Positions 38,288-47,528 of a stretch of DNA of 64,000 nucleotides are shown in pieces. The stretch spans positions 539-64,538 of the forward strand of contig DATJFN010000055.1 in the NCBI GenBank assembly GCA_035495635.1. Reading direction: 5' to 3'. The translations under genes and the position numbers were made by a program. Positions within the stretch are counted from its first letter, which is position 1; each line of letters opens with the position of its first letter. A model generated the notes under the pieces. The model did not search any database, was not told the origin of the DNA, and saw nothing but the letters and a program-made list of their open reading frames with translations. The stretch comes from Steroidobacteraceae bacterium. GTDB taxonomy: Bacteria > Pseudomonadota > Gammaproteobacteria > Steroidobacterales > Steroidobacteraceae.

Positions 38288-39237
38288 CGTGTGAGCCTGC
38301 TGCCGGACGGATGATTCGAGCCGTGGACCTGCGAATGGCAGTTGAGGCAGCTGCCCGCCACCAGGTAAGGGGACGGCGCGCCCGCGGCGGGAAGTCCCTC
38401 GGGCCCGTAGGCAAAGCTCGGATGGCCGACCTGCGAATGGCATTGCTGGCACAGCAAGGGCGCACGCTGGGTCAGCATCGCCGGCTGGCTCGAGCCGTGA
38501 GGCACGTGGCAGTTCGAGCAGTCCTCCGCGACCGGCGCGTGCTCCCAGAGGAACGGCCCGCGCTTTTCGCCATGACAGGAATAGCAGGTTTCGTTGAGCG
38601 AGGCCCGGCGCAGGCTGAAGTCGTTGGCCGATCCGTGCGGCGCGTGGCACCCGGTGCACGCCATCAAGTTGCCTTCCATCGGGTGGTGGAAGGGCTTTGA
38701 GTACTGGGTGTGCTCCCGCTGGTGGCAGTCGAAGCAGACCATCGCCTGCCGATCCACCGTTTGGACGTCGTCCCTGGCCGCATGGATGCGGTGGCAACCG
38801 GCGCAGGCGACTCCGTTCTGCTCGTGCACGCCCGCATGCCAGGCGTCGCCGACCGCGTCGGCATGGCAACCGAGGCAAGCTTCGTTCTGCTGCGCGGACG
38901 GCGCCTGCGACCCGGCGCCGAAGCGCAGCACGGCCGGCCGCGGCTGCCCGCTGCGCACGCGCCCGGCATGTGCGCCGCCGGGACCGTGGCAGGCTTCGCA
39001 TTGAAGCTGGCCGGCGCCGAACGGCGCATGCGGATCGGCGCGCGAGCCGTGCGGCGTCTTGAACAACGACAGCACGTCCGCGTCGTCGTGACACTTGATG
39101 CAGGTATCGGCGCCGTTCCGGCTGTACTCCGCCTCAGCCTGCGATTCCGGAGCCGGCGCGGCCGCGGCCGCCGCTTCCGCCAGCCACGCCGCCGCAAGGA
39201 GAGCGCCGGCGATCAGCGGCAAGCGTCGGGACCTCAC
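38284..39237 (-). CDS. mtrA: periplasmic decahaem c-type cytochrome, MtrA/DmsE/PioA family
   Basis: 317 aa with a signal peptide and exactly ten CxxCH motifs (CIKCH, CEACH, CLGCH, CAGCH, CFDCH, CTGCH, CYSCH, CSNCH, CQQCH, CLNCH). GTG start. Confidence 0.9.
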   Translation of the reverse strand: MRSRRLPLIAGALLAAAWLAEAAAAAAPAPESQAEAEYSRNGADTCIKCHDDADVLSLFKTPHGSRADPHAPFGAGQLQCEACHGPGGAHAGRVRSGQPRPAVLRFGAGSQAPSAQQNEACLGCHADAVGDAWHAGVHEQNGVACAGCHRIHAARDDVQTVDRQAMVCFDCHQREHTQYSKPFHHPMEGNLMACTGCHAPHGSANDFSLRRASLNETCYSCHGEKRGPFLWEHAPVAEDCSNCHVPHGSSQPAMLTQRAPLLCQQCHSQVGHPSFAYGPEGLPAAGAPSPYLVAGSCLNCHSQVHGSNHPSGSRLTR

Positions 39238-39247
39238 GCGGTCCCTG

Positions 39248-41614
39248 CTAGGGACCGACGTTGTGCATGAGCTTCACGTCGGCGGTGCGGCCGGGGCCAT
39301 GGCAGATCGTGCAGGACTCGACGCCCGACGAGACGATTGCGCCTTCCGCGGTCTTGCCGGCGTTGAAGTCGCCGCCGTTCTGCTCCATGTGCACGTGCGC
39401 CAGGTCGCTGCTGTGGCAGGCCGAGCAGGCCGCTGCGTTCGGGCTCACGGCGCGATCGTCCGCGAGCGTCGTGCGATCGCCGGCATCGAAGGTCGTTGCG
39501 TGAACCACCGAGCCGTCCACCGGATAGTAGGTATTCGGCTTGTGACAGTTCTCGCAGTTGTCCAGATGGCCGGGGAACCTGAGGTCAGTGAAATCGTTGA
39601 TCGAGTTGTTGAACCCGCAGACCTGGAATTGCGCCGAGTGAATCTGGTGGATCATGAACTTGAAGTCGATGGCCTGGTCATCCGGCCCGAGCCCGGGCGA
39701 CACGGGATCCGTCGGCGAATTGCTGCATGGCGGCAAGCGGCGCGCGATATCCGTGTTGTTCGGGTTGTGGCAGGTCGTGCAGAGCTCCGTGTTCTCCGTG
39801 CGATTGCCGCCGTGCAGCGAGAGCACGTTGTGGCAGGCGTCGCAGCGCGAGAGCTCGACTACCTGGCGGCGCGGCGTCGCGGCGGCGTCCGTGATCGGGA
39901 AGACCAGCCCAGTCGACGAGATCGGGATGTTCTCGAGCAAGCCGTCGCCGTTGGCGTCGACGCGCGCCCTGCCTTCGAGCAGCGCCTCGCCGGAGCCCGT
40001 CATGAAGAGCGGGATCGGGATCGTGGAGGTCGCGGAGAAGGTCAGGTCCGCATTCTTGACCACGGCGGGATCCAGGAAATTGATCCGCACCGGCAGCGCC
40101 GGCGTGCCGACGTCCGGCGCCGTCGCGGAACCGCTGCCGCGGTTGTTGAAATCGGCCGTGTTCCAGGCGATGTTCACGGTGAGCGAGGCGCCCGGCTGCC
40201 TGAACGGTCCGGCCGGATCCGTGGTGTCGTACGGCGCATCGCCGTTGGTCGGGTCCGTGACCTGGATGGTGACCGTCGGGTTCTGGCCCGGCGCTGTATT
40301 GGCCACGCTCACGACCGTGTACTTGAACTTCTGGGACGCGAGCTTCTCCGGTATCTCGTGCACCTTGATGGTGCGCAGGTCGCCGTTGTTGATGGTCGCG
40401 TCAGGCCCGTGGCAGGTCGCGCAGTCCGAGTCCTGCACGGCGAGGTTCGCGGCGCTGTGGCCCTGGCCGGTCTGGAAATTGATCAGCACCGGAGACGGTC
40501 CCTGCGGAACGCCGGCCACGATCTGCTGCGTGGTCGCGTCATGGCAGGCGCCGCAGGCCGCCGAGTTGACGGTGATCCGGAAGTTGCTCGCCTGCGGCGT
40601 GTCGGCGTCCGTCTCCTCGTGGCAAGTCGTGCAGTTGCGGTGGTCCTGCGGGAAGGCGACGTCGCTGAACTCGTGCAGCGTCCCGCCAAACCCGTAGATG
40701 CCGTAACTCAGCCCGAGGCCGATCGTGCCGGTCGTCTGTCCCGTGGGCAGCGTGGCCGGCTGCACGCTCGGCAGCGACTCGCCGCGGTGGATCTTGTGGA
40801 TCATCACCTTGAAATCGACCGTATTGCCGCTCTGCGCGTCGAACGTGGTGGGCGAGTGGCACATCACGCAGTAACGCGTATCGAATCGCGCGCCGCCGTG
40901 GAAGGACAGCTGGTCGTGACAAGCCTCGCAGGTGTCGTTGTCGACGATTTCGCGAGAGAAGATGCCTGTGGTCGCGCCCGTGGAGGGCTGGAAGGTATAA
41001 ACGGGGTTGATCGTCGGCGCGAGGCCGCGGATCTCGAAGCCGACTCGGTGCGTCAGCGTCGCGTCGTACGGAATGTCCGGGTCGTTCGTGATGTTCTTTG
41101 CGAACGTGTACTGATAGGTGCCGTCGCCGTTGTCCACGAACTGGCCGGTGGCGCCATTCTCGGTCGTGGCTTGGTTCACGGGCTGCGTGCCGGGACCCAC
41201 CGGCCCCGGGTTCTCGGTGCGGCGCGTGTAGGCGCGCCAGGAACTCGACTGGCCGCTTTCGCCGGGAGCCAACCGGGCAACCACGAAGCTGATTGCCGGC
41301 GCCGTCAGGCCGGTGAGCGGACGGCCGAGCTCGTCGGCGAGACCGAACTGCACGACCGGCTGCCCGCCGTCCGGCACCGTGACGCCGGTAATGACCGCGG
41401 TGATCTCTTTGGCATTCGCGACGTCGACCGTCGCGCCGCTCCCCGGCGGCCCGGGCGGACCCGGCGGTCCGGGCGGCCCCGGAGATCCGGCCGAACCTTG
41501 GTCCCCGGTGCAGGCCGCGAGAAGAAACGTCAGGCCGAGGATTGCGGCGCAGCCGAACTGTGTCCGGCGGCCGCTAGGTCTTTGAAAGGATGCCCCTGCC
41601 GAGGATGCGCTCAT
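39248..41614 (-). CDS. mtrC: outer-membrane decahaem lipoprotein cytochrome, OmcA/MtrC family
   Basis: 788 aa. Lipobox FLLAAC. Ten CxxCH motifs in two blocks of five, separated by non-haem (beta-barrel-like) segments as in MtrC. A (GPP)4 tether follows the lipid Cys. GGGGGA SD. Confidence 0.8.
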   Translation of the reverse strand: MSASSAGASFQRPSGRRTQFGCAAILGLTFLLAACTGDQGSAGSPGPPGPPGPPGPPGSGATVDVANAKEITAVITGVTVPDGGQPVVQFGLADELGRPLTGLTAPAISFVVARLAPGESGQSSSWRAYTRRTENPGPVGPGTQPVNQATTENGATGQFVDNGDGTYQYTFAKNITNDPDIPYDATLTHRVGFEIRGLAPTINPVYTFQPSTGATTGIFSREIVDNDTCEACHDQLSFHGGARFDTRYCVMCHSPTTFDAQSGNTVDFKVMIHKIHRGESLPSVQPATLPTGQTTGTIGLGLSYGIYGFGGTLHEFSDVAFPQDHRNCTTCHEETDADTPQASNFRITVNSAACGACHDATTQQIVAGVPQGPSPVLINFQTGQGHSAANLAVQDSDCATCHGPDATINNGDLRTIKVHEIPEKLASQKFKYTVVSVANTAPGQNPTVTIQVTDPTNGDAPYDTTDPAGPFRQPGASLTVNIAWNTADFNNRGSGSATAPDVGTPALPVRINFLDPAVVKNADLTFSATSTIPIPLFMTGSGEALLEGRARVDANGDGLLENIPISSTGLVFPITDAAATPRRQVVELSRCDACHNVLSLHGGNRTENTELCTTCHNPNNTDIARRLPPCSNSPTDPVSPGLGPDDQAIDFKFMIHQIHSAQFQVCGFNNSINDFTDLRFPGHLDNCENCHKPNTYYPVDGSVVHATTFDAGDRTTLADDRAVSPNAAACSACHSSDLAHVHMEQNGGDFNAGKTAEGAIVSSGVESCTICHGPGRTADVKLMHNVGP

Positions 41615-41699
41615 GGGTATCCCCCATCATCCACCCCGGCCCGATGGGAACCGGGTGAAAACCCCTAGCGATGATATGCTTCGTTGTGGCTGCTTGCAC

Positions 41700-41713
41700 T
41701 TGATCTGGATCAA
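41700..41713. promoter_or_regulatory. FNR/Anr-type box, perfect consensus
   Basis: TTGAT-CTGG-ATCAA in the 159 bp divergent gap between mtrC (start 41614) and the c4 gene (start 41774). The centre is 67 nt upstream of the c4 start codon and 92 nt upstream of the mtrC start codon. Confidence 0.6.
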
Positions 41714-41773
41714 TTACACGGACCACGGGCTAAGCAAAGACTGCGTCCAGACGTATTTGGGGGGAGTGCGGCC

Positions 41774-42391
41774 GTGAATGCGCCACGCCAAAGCCTGAGC
41801 ATTGCCTTCCTGTTGACCTCGTTGCTCGCGCTGCCGGCGGTCGCCGGCGACGCCGCGACCATGGCAAAGGCCTGCGAGGACTGCCATGGCAAGAACGGCG
41901 TCAGCGAGTCCGACGACGTTCCGACCATCGCCGGCATCTCGGCCCCCGTTCATGGCGATTTCCTGGTGGCCTATCAGGAGAAGGCGCGGCCGTGCCGAGC
42001 TTCCAAGTATCGCCACGGCGACACCTCGCGCCCGGAGACGGACATGTGCGCCATCGCCGCGAAGCTGAGCGATGCGGACGTCGAGGCCGTCGCGGGCTAT
42101 TTCGCGGCGCAATCCTTCGTCCCGGCCAAGCAGCCTTTCGACGCTGCGAAGGCGGCCGCCGGCAAGACCCTGCACGCTCGCGACTGCGCCAAGTGCCACA
42201 CCGATGGCGGACGCAATCCCGATGACGACGCCAGCATCCTGGGCGGCCAGCACCTCAAGTACTTGCAGCAGGCCCTCGCGGACCTCCGGTCCGGGAAGCG
42301 CGAACCGGGCAAGAAGATGGGCGAGAAACTCAAGCCGTTGAGCGACGCCGAGGTCGAGACGCTCGCTCAGTACTACGCCAGCCAGCAATAG
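41774..42391 (+). CDS. dihaem cytochrome c4-like periplasmic protein
   Basis: Trimmed to GTG 41774 (GGGGAG SD 8 nt upstream). Signal peptide ...LLALPAVAGD. Two CxxCH motifs (CEDCH, CAKCH), each in a class I cytochrome c-like half. Confidence 0.75.
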   Translation: MNAPRQSLSIAFLLTSLLALPAVAGDAATMAKACEDCHGKNGVSESDDVPTIAGISAPVHGDFLVAYQEKARPCRASKYRHGDTSRPETDMCAIAAKLSDADVEAVAGYFAAQSFVPAKQPFDAAKAAAGKTLHARDCAKCHTDGGRNPDDDASILGGQHLKYLQQALADLRSGKREPGKKMGEKLKPLSDAEVETLAQYYASQQ

Positions 42392-42423
42392 CGCGCGTTC
42401 GCGCGGGGCGACAGGATCCGCCA

Positions 42424-43053
42424 GTGACGACCGAAAAAGAGAGCTTCTGGGCGCGCCTGTGGCGCCGGCCGAAGAGCCGTTGGCTTCTTGGCATTCCGGC
42501 CGGTGGCCTCGTCATGTTTGTCGCGGGCGTGCTGTTCTGGGGCGGATTCAACTGGACGCTCGAAATGACGAATACGGAGGAGTTCTGCACCTCCTGCCAC
42601 GAGATGCGGGACTTCATCTACCCCGAATACAAGGAGACGATCCACTACTCGAACCGCACCGGCGTCCGCGCGAGCTGCCCGGACTGCCACGTGCCGCATC
42701 CCTACATCTACAAGCTGCAGCGCAAGGTCTACGCGTCCAACGAGCTGTTCCACAAGGTCATGGGGACAGTCGACACGCGCGAGAAATTCGAGGCGAAGCG
42801 CCTCGAGATGGCGCGAAGCGTATGGCATGTCATGAAGACGACGGACTCGCGCGAGTGCCGCAACTGCCACGAGTTCCAGCACATGGATCCCGAAGCGCAG
42901 GAGCGCGTGTCTGCGCGGCGGCATGAGAAGGCGTTCAAGCAGGGTGAAACCTGCATCGACTGCCACAAGGGCATCGCCCACCACCTGCCGAAGGACTACG
43001 ACGAGGAAGCGGAGAAGTCGGCCGGCGCCGAATCGGGCGATTCGCAGCCGTAA
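42424..43053 (+). CDS. cymA: NapC/NirT/CymA-family membrane-anchored tetrahaem quinol dehydrogenase
   Basis: 209 aa. N-terminal TM (WLLGIPAGGLVMFVAGVLFWGGF) and four CxxCH motifs (CTSCH, CPDCH, CRNCH, CIDCH), with the family pattern EFCTSCHEM...H...CPDCHVPH. Confidence 0.85.
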   Translation: MTTEKESFWARLWRRPKSRWLLGIPAGGLVMFVAGVLFWGGFNWTLEMTNTEEFCTSCHEMRDFIYPEYKETIHYSNRTGVRASCPDCHVPHPYIYKLQRKVYASNELFHKVMGTVDTREKFEAKRLEMARSVWHVMKTTDSRECRNCHEFQHMDPEAQERVSARRHEKAFKQGETCIDCHKGIAHHLPKDYDEEAEKSAGAESGDSQP

Positions 43054-43086
43054 CCAGCAGCCTGAACCCGGTCGGTTGGCGCGATA

Positions 43087-44103
43087 ATGGCCAGCGCCAT
43101 GAGAGCCGCTGGCATGTCCTTTCCAGCCTTCGTCGCGGCGGCAACTTCGGCGGCAGCTGTTGCCGCGGGACCGCTGCCCCGCCTCGTCATCGAGCCCGGC
43201 ACCCTCACGGTCTCAGGCGTCTCGGCCGGCGGCTACATGGCGACGCAGTACCAGGTGGCGTATTCGAAGGACGTCGCGGGGGCCGGGATCATCGGCGCGG
43301 GACCCTGGCTTTGCGCCGAGGGCATCATCACGCGAGCGCTCGACGACTGCACGAAAGGCAGCGCCGCGGGGCCCGAAACCTCGCTGCTCGCCGCTTCCTT
43401 GCGCACGAGCGCGGCGGCAGGCCTCGTCGACGATCCGTCCTGGCTCGCGCCCGATCGCGTGTGGATCTTCCACGGCGCGAAGGATGCGCGGATCGGCGCC
43501 GCGGTCTCCGACTCGCTGCTGCGCTTCTACAAGGAGTTCATCCCGCTCGAGCGGATCCACTACGAAACGCAGGTACCCGCTGCGCACGGGTTCCCGACCG
43601 TCTCGGAAGGCGGCGCCTGCGACGGCGATGCCTCGCCGTGGATCCTCGCGTGCAACTTCGACGCCGCCGGCGAGATGTTGAAGTATTTCTACGGTGACCT
43701 TGCGCCGCCGGTTACTCCCGTCGCAGGCACCTTCCTGAGCTTCGACCAGAAGGCCTACCTCGCGCGCGAGTCGCTCGCGTCGATGGCCGGCGAAGGATTC
43801 CTGTTCGTGCCGAAGGACTGCACCGCAGGCAGGCCTTGCCGGATCCACGTCGCCTTCCATGGCTGCCGGCAGGGAATCGAATTCATCGGTCGCGAGTTTG
43901 CGAAGGAGACCGGGTACAACCGCTGGGCCGATGCGAACCGCATCGTCGTGCTCTACCCGCAAGCCGCGAAGAGCTGGTTCTGGCCGTTCAATCCCTGGGG
44001 TTGCTGGGACTGGTGGGGCTACAGCGGCGCGGACTACGCGACCCGCAACGCCGCGCAGCTCGCGACAGTCCACGCCATGCTAACCGCCCTCGGCGCGTTT
44101 TAA
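43087..44103 (+). CDS. secreted PHB-depolymerase-family esterase (lipase box before oxyanion His, type-2 order)
   Basis: 338 aa. Signal-like N-terminus, lipase box GVSAGG near the N-terminus, a later VAFHGCRQG segment and WGCWDWWGY, resembling extracellular short-chain PHA depolymerase catalytic domains. Confidence 0.65.
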   Translation: MASAMRAAGMSFPAFVAAATSAAAVAAGPLPRLVIEPGTLTVSGVSAGGYMATQYQVAYSKDVAGAGIIGAGPWLCAEGIITRALDDCTKGSAAGPETSLLAASLRTSAAAGLVDDPSWLAPDRVWIFHGAKDARIGAAVSDSLLRFYKEFIPLERIHYETQVPAAHGFPTVSEGGACDGDASPWILACNFDAAGEMLKYFYGDLAPPVTPVAGTFLSFDQKAYLARESLASMAGEGFLFVPKDCTAGRPCRIHVAFHGCRQGIEFIGREFAKETGYNRWADANRIVVLYPQAAKSWFWPFNPWGCWDWWGYSGADYATRNAAQLATVHAMLTALGAF

Positions 44104-44120
44104 AGGGGACGCGCCTCTTT
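44102..44120. repeat. REP-like palindrome copy shared by two convergent stop codons
   Basis: TTTTAAAGGGGACGCGCCTCTTTAAAA. The TAA at 44101..44103 ends the + gene, and the TTA at 44119..44121 is the TAA of the - gene. One stem mismatch. Confidence 0.85.
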
Positions 44121-45114
44121 AAAACCTCGCGCGGTAGTCGGCCGGCGTGATGCCGACGAGCTCCTGGAAGCTCCGGCGCATCGACTGCTCGTCGGCGAAG
44201 CCGCAGTCGCGCGCCACCTGCTTGAGGCGCGCCGCGCCCTCCTCGATCCGCCGCCGGGCCTGCTCGACGCGCAGCCGCCGCACGTAGACGCCCGGGCTCG
44301 CGCCGAGTCGCGCGTGGAACTGCCGCGCGAAGTGGCGCGGGCTCATGCTCATGCGCCGCGCAAGGCCCTCGACCGTCAGGTCGCCACGAGGGTTCTCGAG
44401 CATCCAGAGCTCCAGCTCGCCGAAGAGGTCGTCGCGCTTCTGCGCCTCGAGGTGCCGGCTGAATTGCGACTGCCCGCCGGGCCGCTTCAGGAACAGGACG
44501 AGCTCCTGCGCGACCGCGAGCGCGACCGCCTTGCCGTGGTCCTGCTCGACGAGCGCGAGTGCGAGGTCCATGCCCGCGGTGACGCCCGCAGAGGTGTAGA
44601 TGTTGCCCGAGCGGACATAAAGCGCGTCGCGGTCGACCTGCGCCTTCGGTGCGAGCTTCGCGAGGCGATCGAGGTAGGCCCAGTGCGTCGTCGCGGCGCG
44701 GCCCTCGAGCAGGCCCGCCGCCGCGAGGAGCATGGCGCCGTTGCAGATCGAGCCGAGGCGCTCGATGCGCCGCGCCTGCGCCGCGAGCCAGCCGAGCAGC
44801 GCGCGGTCATTCGCCGCAGCCTCCCAGCCGATGCCGCCCGCGACGAGAAGCGTGTCCGCGTCGTCCACGTCCGCGTAGCGGCGCGCCGCCACGAGTTCGA
44901 GTCCGTTCGACATCGCGAGCGGCCCCGCCCGCGCGGCGACGAGCTCTATCGAATAAACCGGCGTGCGCGTACCTCGGTGTTCCGTGAGCCAACGCGCCGT
45001 GCGCGCAAAGACCTCGAGCGGCCCGGTGATGTCGAGCACCTGGGCTTGCGCAAATCCCAGCATTACGACGCGGTGCGGCCTCGAACGCGATCTCGGGCGA
45101 GGGACGGATCTCAT
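44119..45114 (-). CDS. GlxA-family transcriptional regulator (DJ-1/PfpI domain + AraC HTH)
   Basis: Trimmed to MRSVPRP... at 45114. DJ-1-like N-domain (GSICNGAMLLAAAGLL) and a C-terminal AraC-type HTH (...LARRMSMSPRHFARQF...ARDCGFADEQSMRRSF). Confidence 0.8.
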   Translation of the reverse strand: MRSVPRPRSRSRPHRVVMLGFAQAQVLDITGPLEVFARTARWLTEHRGTRTPVYSIELVAARAGPLAMSNGLELVAARRYADVDDADTLLVAGGIGWEAAANDRALLGWLAAQARRIERLGSICNGAMLLAAAGLLEGRAATTHWAYLDRLAKLAPKAQVDRDALYVRSGNIYTSAGVTAGMDLALALVEQDHGKAVALAVAQELVLFLKRPGGQSQFSRHLEAQKRDDLFGELELWMLENPRGDLTVEGLARRMSMSPRHFARQFHARLGASPGVYVRRLRVEQARRRIEEGAARLKQVARDCGFADEQSMRRSFQELVGITPADYRARF

Positions 45115-45251
45115 GGGAGCCGAAGATAGCGGCGCAAGCACGCGCCCGGGCGAGTATGGCAGGAAATGACGCTTACCTGTCCGGCCTGCCATGCGACGCG
45201 GGGCGAGCATGCCGCATCCATGGCGCGATAGGTCCACAGGAGGAACCGGAC

Positions 45252-45941
45252 ATGGACAGACGGCGTTTCATCGGCACGACGCTCGCGGCCTCGGTCGCGC
45301 TCTTCAACTTCCCGCGCGCGCGGTCGGCAGAGGGCGGCGCTCAAGCACCCTTGCCAAAGCGCAGGCGCACGCGCGTCGCATTCATGCTCGGCGAACACGC
45401 CAACGTGATCGACACATGCGGGCCGTGGGAGGTCTTCCAGGACGCGGCATCGCCCGACGGCGACGACGTCGGGTTCGAGCTGTACACGGTGGCGCCGGAA
45501 GAGGGCCCGATCGAGATGACCGGCGGACTCCGGGTTCTGCCCAAGTACACGATCAAGAACGCGCCGCAGCCGAACGTGATCGTCGTCCCCGCACATAAGT
45601 CGACGGGCGAGTCGCGCGAGTGGCTCGTCCAAGCGAGCGGCGGGACCGACGTGACGATGTCGGTCTGCACCGGCGCCTTCCAGCTGGCACGTGCGGGACT
45701 CCTGAAGGGAATCCCCGCGACCACTCACCATGAGTTCTTCGATTCCTTCGCAAAGGAATTTCCGGACATCGAGCTGCGACGCGGGCTTCGCTTCGTGGAC
45801 AGCGGCCGCATCGCGACGGCGGGCGGGCTCACCTCCGGCATCGACCTCGCGCTGCACATCGTCTCGCGCTATCACGGCGTCGAGACGGCGACCGCAACAG
45901 CCGCGTATATGGAGTATTCAAGCGACGCCTGGCGCGCGTGA
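45252..45941 (+). CDS. Tat-exported DJ-1/PfpI family protein
   Basis: Trimmed to MDRRRFIGTTLAASVALFNFP (twin-arginine signal; AGGAGG SD 8 nt upstream). Nucleophile-elbow Cys in MSVCTGAFQLA. It is divergent from the GlxA regulator. Confidence 0.75.
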   Translation: MDRRRFIGTTLAASVALFNFPRARSAEGGAQAPLPKRRRTRVAFMLGEHANVIDTCGPWEVFQDAASPDGDDVGFELYTVAPEEGPIEMTGGLRVLPKYTIKNAPQPNVIVVPAHKSTGESREWLVQASGGTDVTMSVCTGAFQLARAGLLKGIPATTHHEFFDSFAKEFPDIELRRGLRFVDSGRIATAGGLTSGIDLALHIVSRYHGVETATATAAYMEYSSDAWRA

Positions 45942-45951
45942 CGACGAGGCG

Positions 45952-46344
45952 TCACACGACGGCTGTTGCTTCTATCTCGACTTTGGCACGCGGCTCGAGC
46001 AGCCCCGCGACGACGACCACGGACATCGCGGGGAAATTGCGGCCGATCAGCTCGCGGTAAGCAGCTCCGATCTCGGCGAGCGCCGCGTTGTACTCGTCGC
46101 GGCTCGTGACGTACCAGGTCATGCGGACGAGGTGTTCCGGCTGCGCGCCGGCGCAGGCGAGCACGGCGACGACGTTCGCGAGCGCCTGGCGCACCTGCGA
46201 CGCGAAGTCGTCGCTGACGAAGCGTTGCTCGGCGTCCCAGCCGATCTGCCCCGCGACGAAGACCAGGCGCCCGGCCGCCGCGACGCCATTCGCGTAGCCG
46301 CGCGGCCGTGCCCAGCCGGGCGGCTGCAGGATCTCACGGCTCAT
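45952..46344 (-). CDS. RidA/YjgF family reactive-intermediate deaminase
   Basis: 130 aa. [20 protein letters not shown]...VRMTWYV...[24 protein letters not shown]. The ATG overlaps the upstream stop (ATGA). Confidence 0.85.
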   Translation of the reverse strand: MSREILQPPGWARPRGYANGVAAAGRLVFVAGQIGWDAEQRFVSDDFASQVRQALANVVAVLACAGAQPEHLVRMTWYVTSRDEYNAALAEIGAAYRELIGRNFPAMSVVVVAGLLEPRAKVEIEATAVV

Positions 46345-47528
46345 TTCAGGAGCTCCCGCGCGACGATGAGCTTCTGCACCTCGCTCGCGCCCTCGTAGAT
46401 GCGCAGCGCCCTTATCTCGCGGTACAGGCGCTCGACCACCGCGCCCTGGACGAGCCCGCGCCCGCCGAAGATCTGCACGGCCCTGTCGATGATCGCCTGC
46501 GCGCTCTCAGTCGCCGTGAGCTTCGCCATCGCGGCCGCGCCGGTGAAGGCGCGTCCCGTGTCACGCAGCCAGGCCGCACGGTAGGTGAGGAGCGTCGCGG
46601 CATCGAGCGCCGTCGCCATTTCCGCAAGCGCCGCCTGCGTCAGCTGGAATTCGGCGAGCGGCTTGCCGAAGAGTCCCCGCGAGCGCGCATGGGCGGCCGC
46701 TTCGTTCAGGGCGCGCCGCGCGAAGCCGCAGGCCGCGGCCGCGACCGAGGTGCGGAACACGTCGAGCGTGCGCATCGCGATCTTGAAGCCCTCGCCTTCC
46801 GCGCCGATGAGCCGCGCCGCCGGGATGCGGCATTCCTCGAAGGCGAGACGCGCGAGCGGGTGCGGCGCCATGGCGTCGATGCGCTCCGCGATCGTGAAGC
46901 CTGAGTCGCCCGGCTTCACGACGAAGGCGCTGATACCCTCGGCCGACACGCTGCCGTCCGGCCGCCGGCTGCCGGGCGCTGTGCGCGCGAACACGACGTA
47001 GAAGTCCGCGATCCCGCCGTTGCTGATCCAGGTCTTCTCGCCGTCCAGCACGTATTGCGCGCCATCGAGCCGCGCCGTCGTCTGCATCGCCGCGACGTCG
47101 GAGCCTGCGCCCGGCTCGGAGAGCGCGAAGGCCGCGATCGACTGCCCGGCACCGACGCGCGGCAGCCACAATGAACGCATCTGCTCGCCGGCCGCGAGCG
47201 AGAGCGGCGCGCTGCCGAGCCCCTGCATCGCAAACGCGAAATCGGCGAGGCCATCGTGGCGCGCGAGCGTCTCTCGGAGGATGCAGATCGAGCGCGCATC
47301 GAGCTCGGTGGCCGGGCCGCCGTCGGCGGCGCGCAGGCAATGCATCAGGAGCCCGGCCTTGCCGAGCGCTGCGACCAGCTCGCGGCAGCGCGCGTCGACG
47401 GCGGCACGCTCCGTCGGGTGGGCGTCACCCGCCAGGTGCGTGCTCGCCCAACTCTCCGCTTCCTCCGCGAGGCGTCGATGCTCCTCGGAGAAGAACGGCC
47501 ATTGCAGTCGCTCGACGTGGCTGTCCAT
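46341..47528 (-). CDS. acyl-CoA dehydrogenase
   Basis: Trimmed to [20 protein letters not shown]... (395 aa). ACAD N, middle and C-terminal domains (...[11 protein letters not shown]..., ...[17 protein letters not shown]). Confidence 0.85.
   Translation of the reverse strand: MDSHVERLQWPFFSEEHRRLAEEAESWASTHLAGDAHPTERAAVDARCRELVAALGKAGLLMHCLRAADGGPATELDARSICILRETLARHDGLADFAFAMQGLGSAPLSLAAGEQMRSLWLPRVGAGQSIAAFALSEPGAGSDVAAMQTTARLDGAQYVLDGEKTWISNGGIADFYVVFARTAPGSRRPDGSVSAEGISAFVVKPGDSGFTIAERIDAMAPHPLARLAFEECRIPAARLIGAEGEGFKIAMRTLDVFRTSVAAAACGFARRALNEAAAHARSRGLFGKPLAEFQLTQAALAEMATALDAATLLTYRAAWLRDTGRAFTGAAAMAKLTATESAQAIIDRAVQIFGGRGLVQGAVVERLYREIRALRIYEGASEVQKLIVARELLK

Noticed and set aside
41441-41490. 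The (GPP)4 segment as evidence for a bacterial collagen-like triple-helix protein.
   Set aside because: Four triplets are far too short for a collagen domain. I interpret the segment as a linker within the cytochrome lipoprotein.
39095-41668. 857 aa + strand ORF across the mtrC region, and the similar 36722..38314 + ORF across mtrB.
   Set aside because: It is antisense to a decahaem lipoprotein gene that has ten CxxCH motifs, a lipobox and an SD. The product is Arg/Val/Asp-rich with no motifs.
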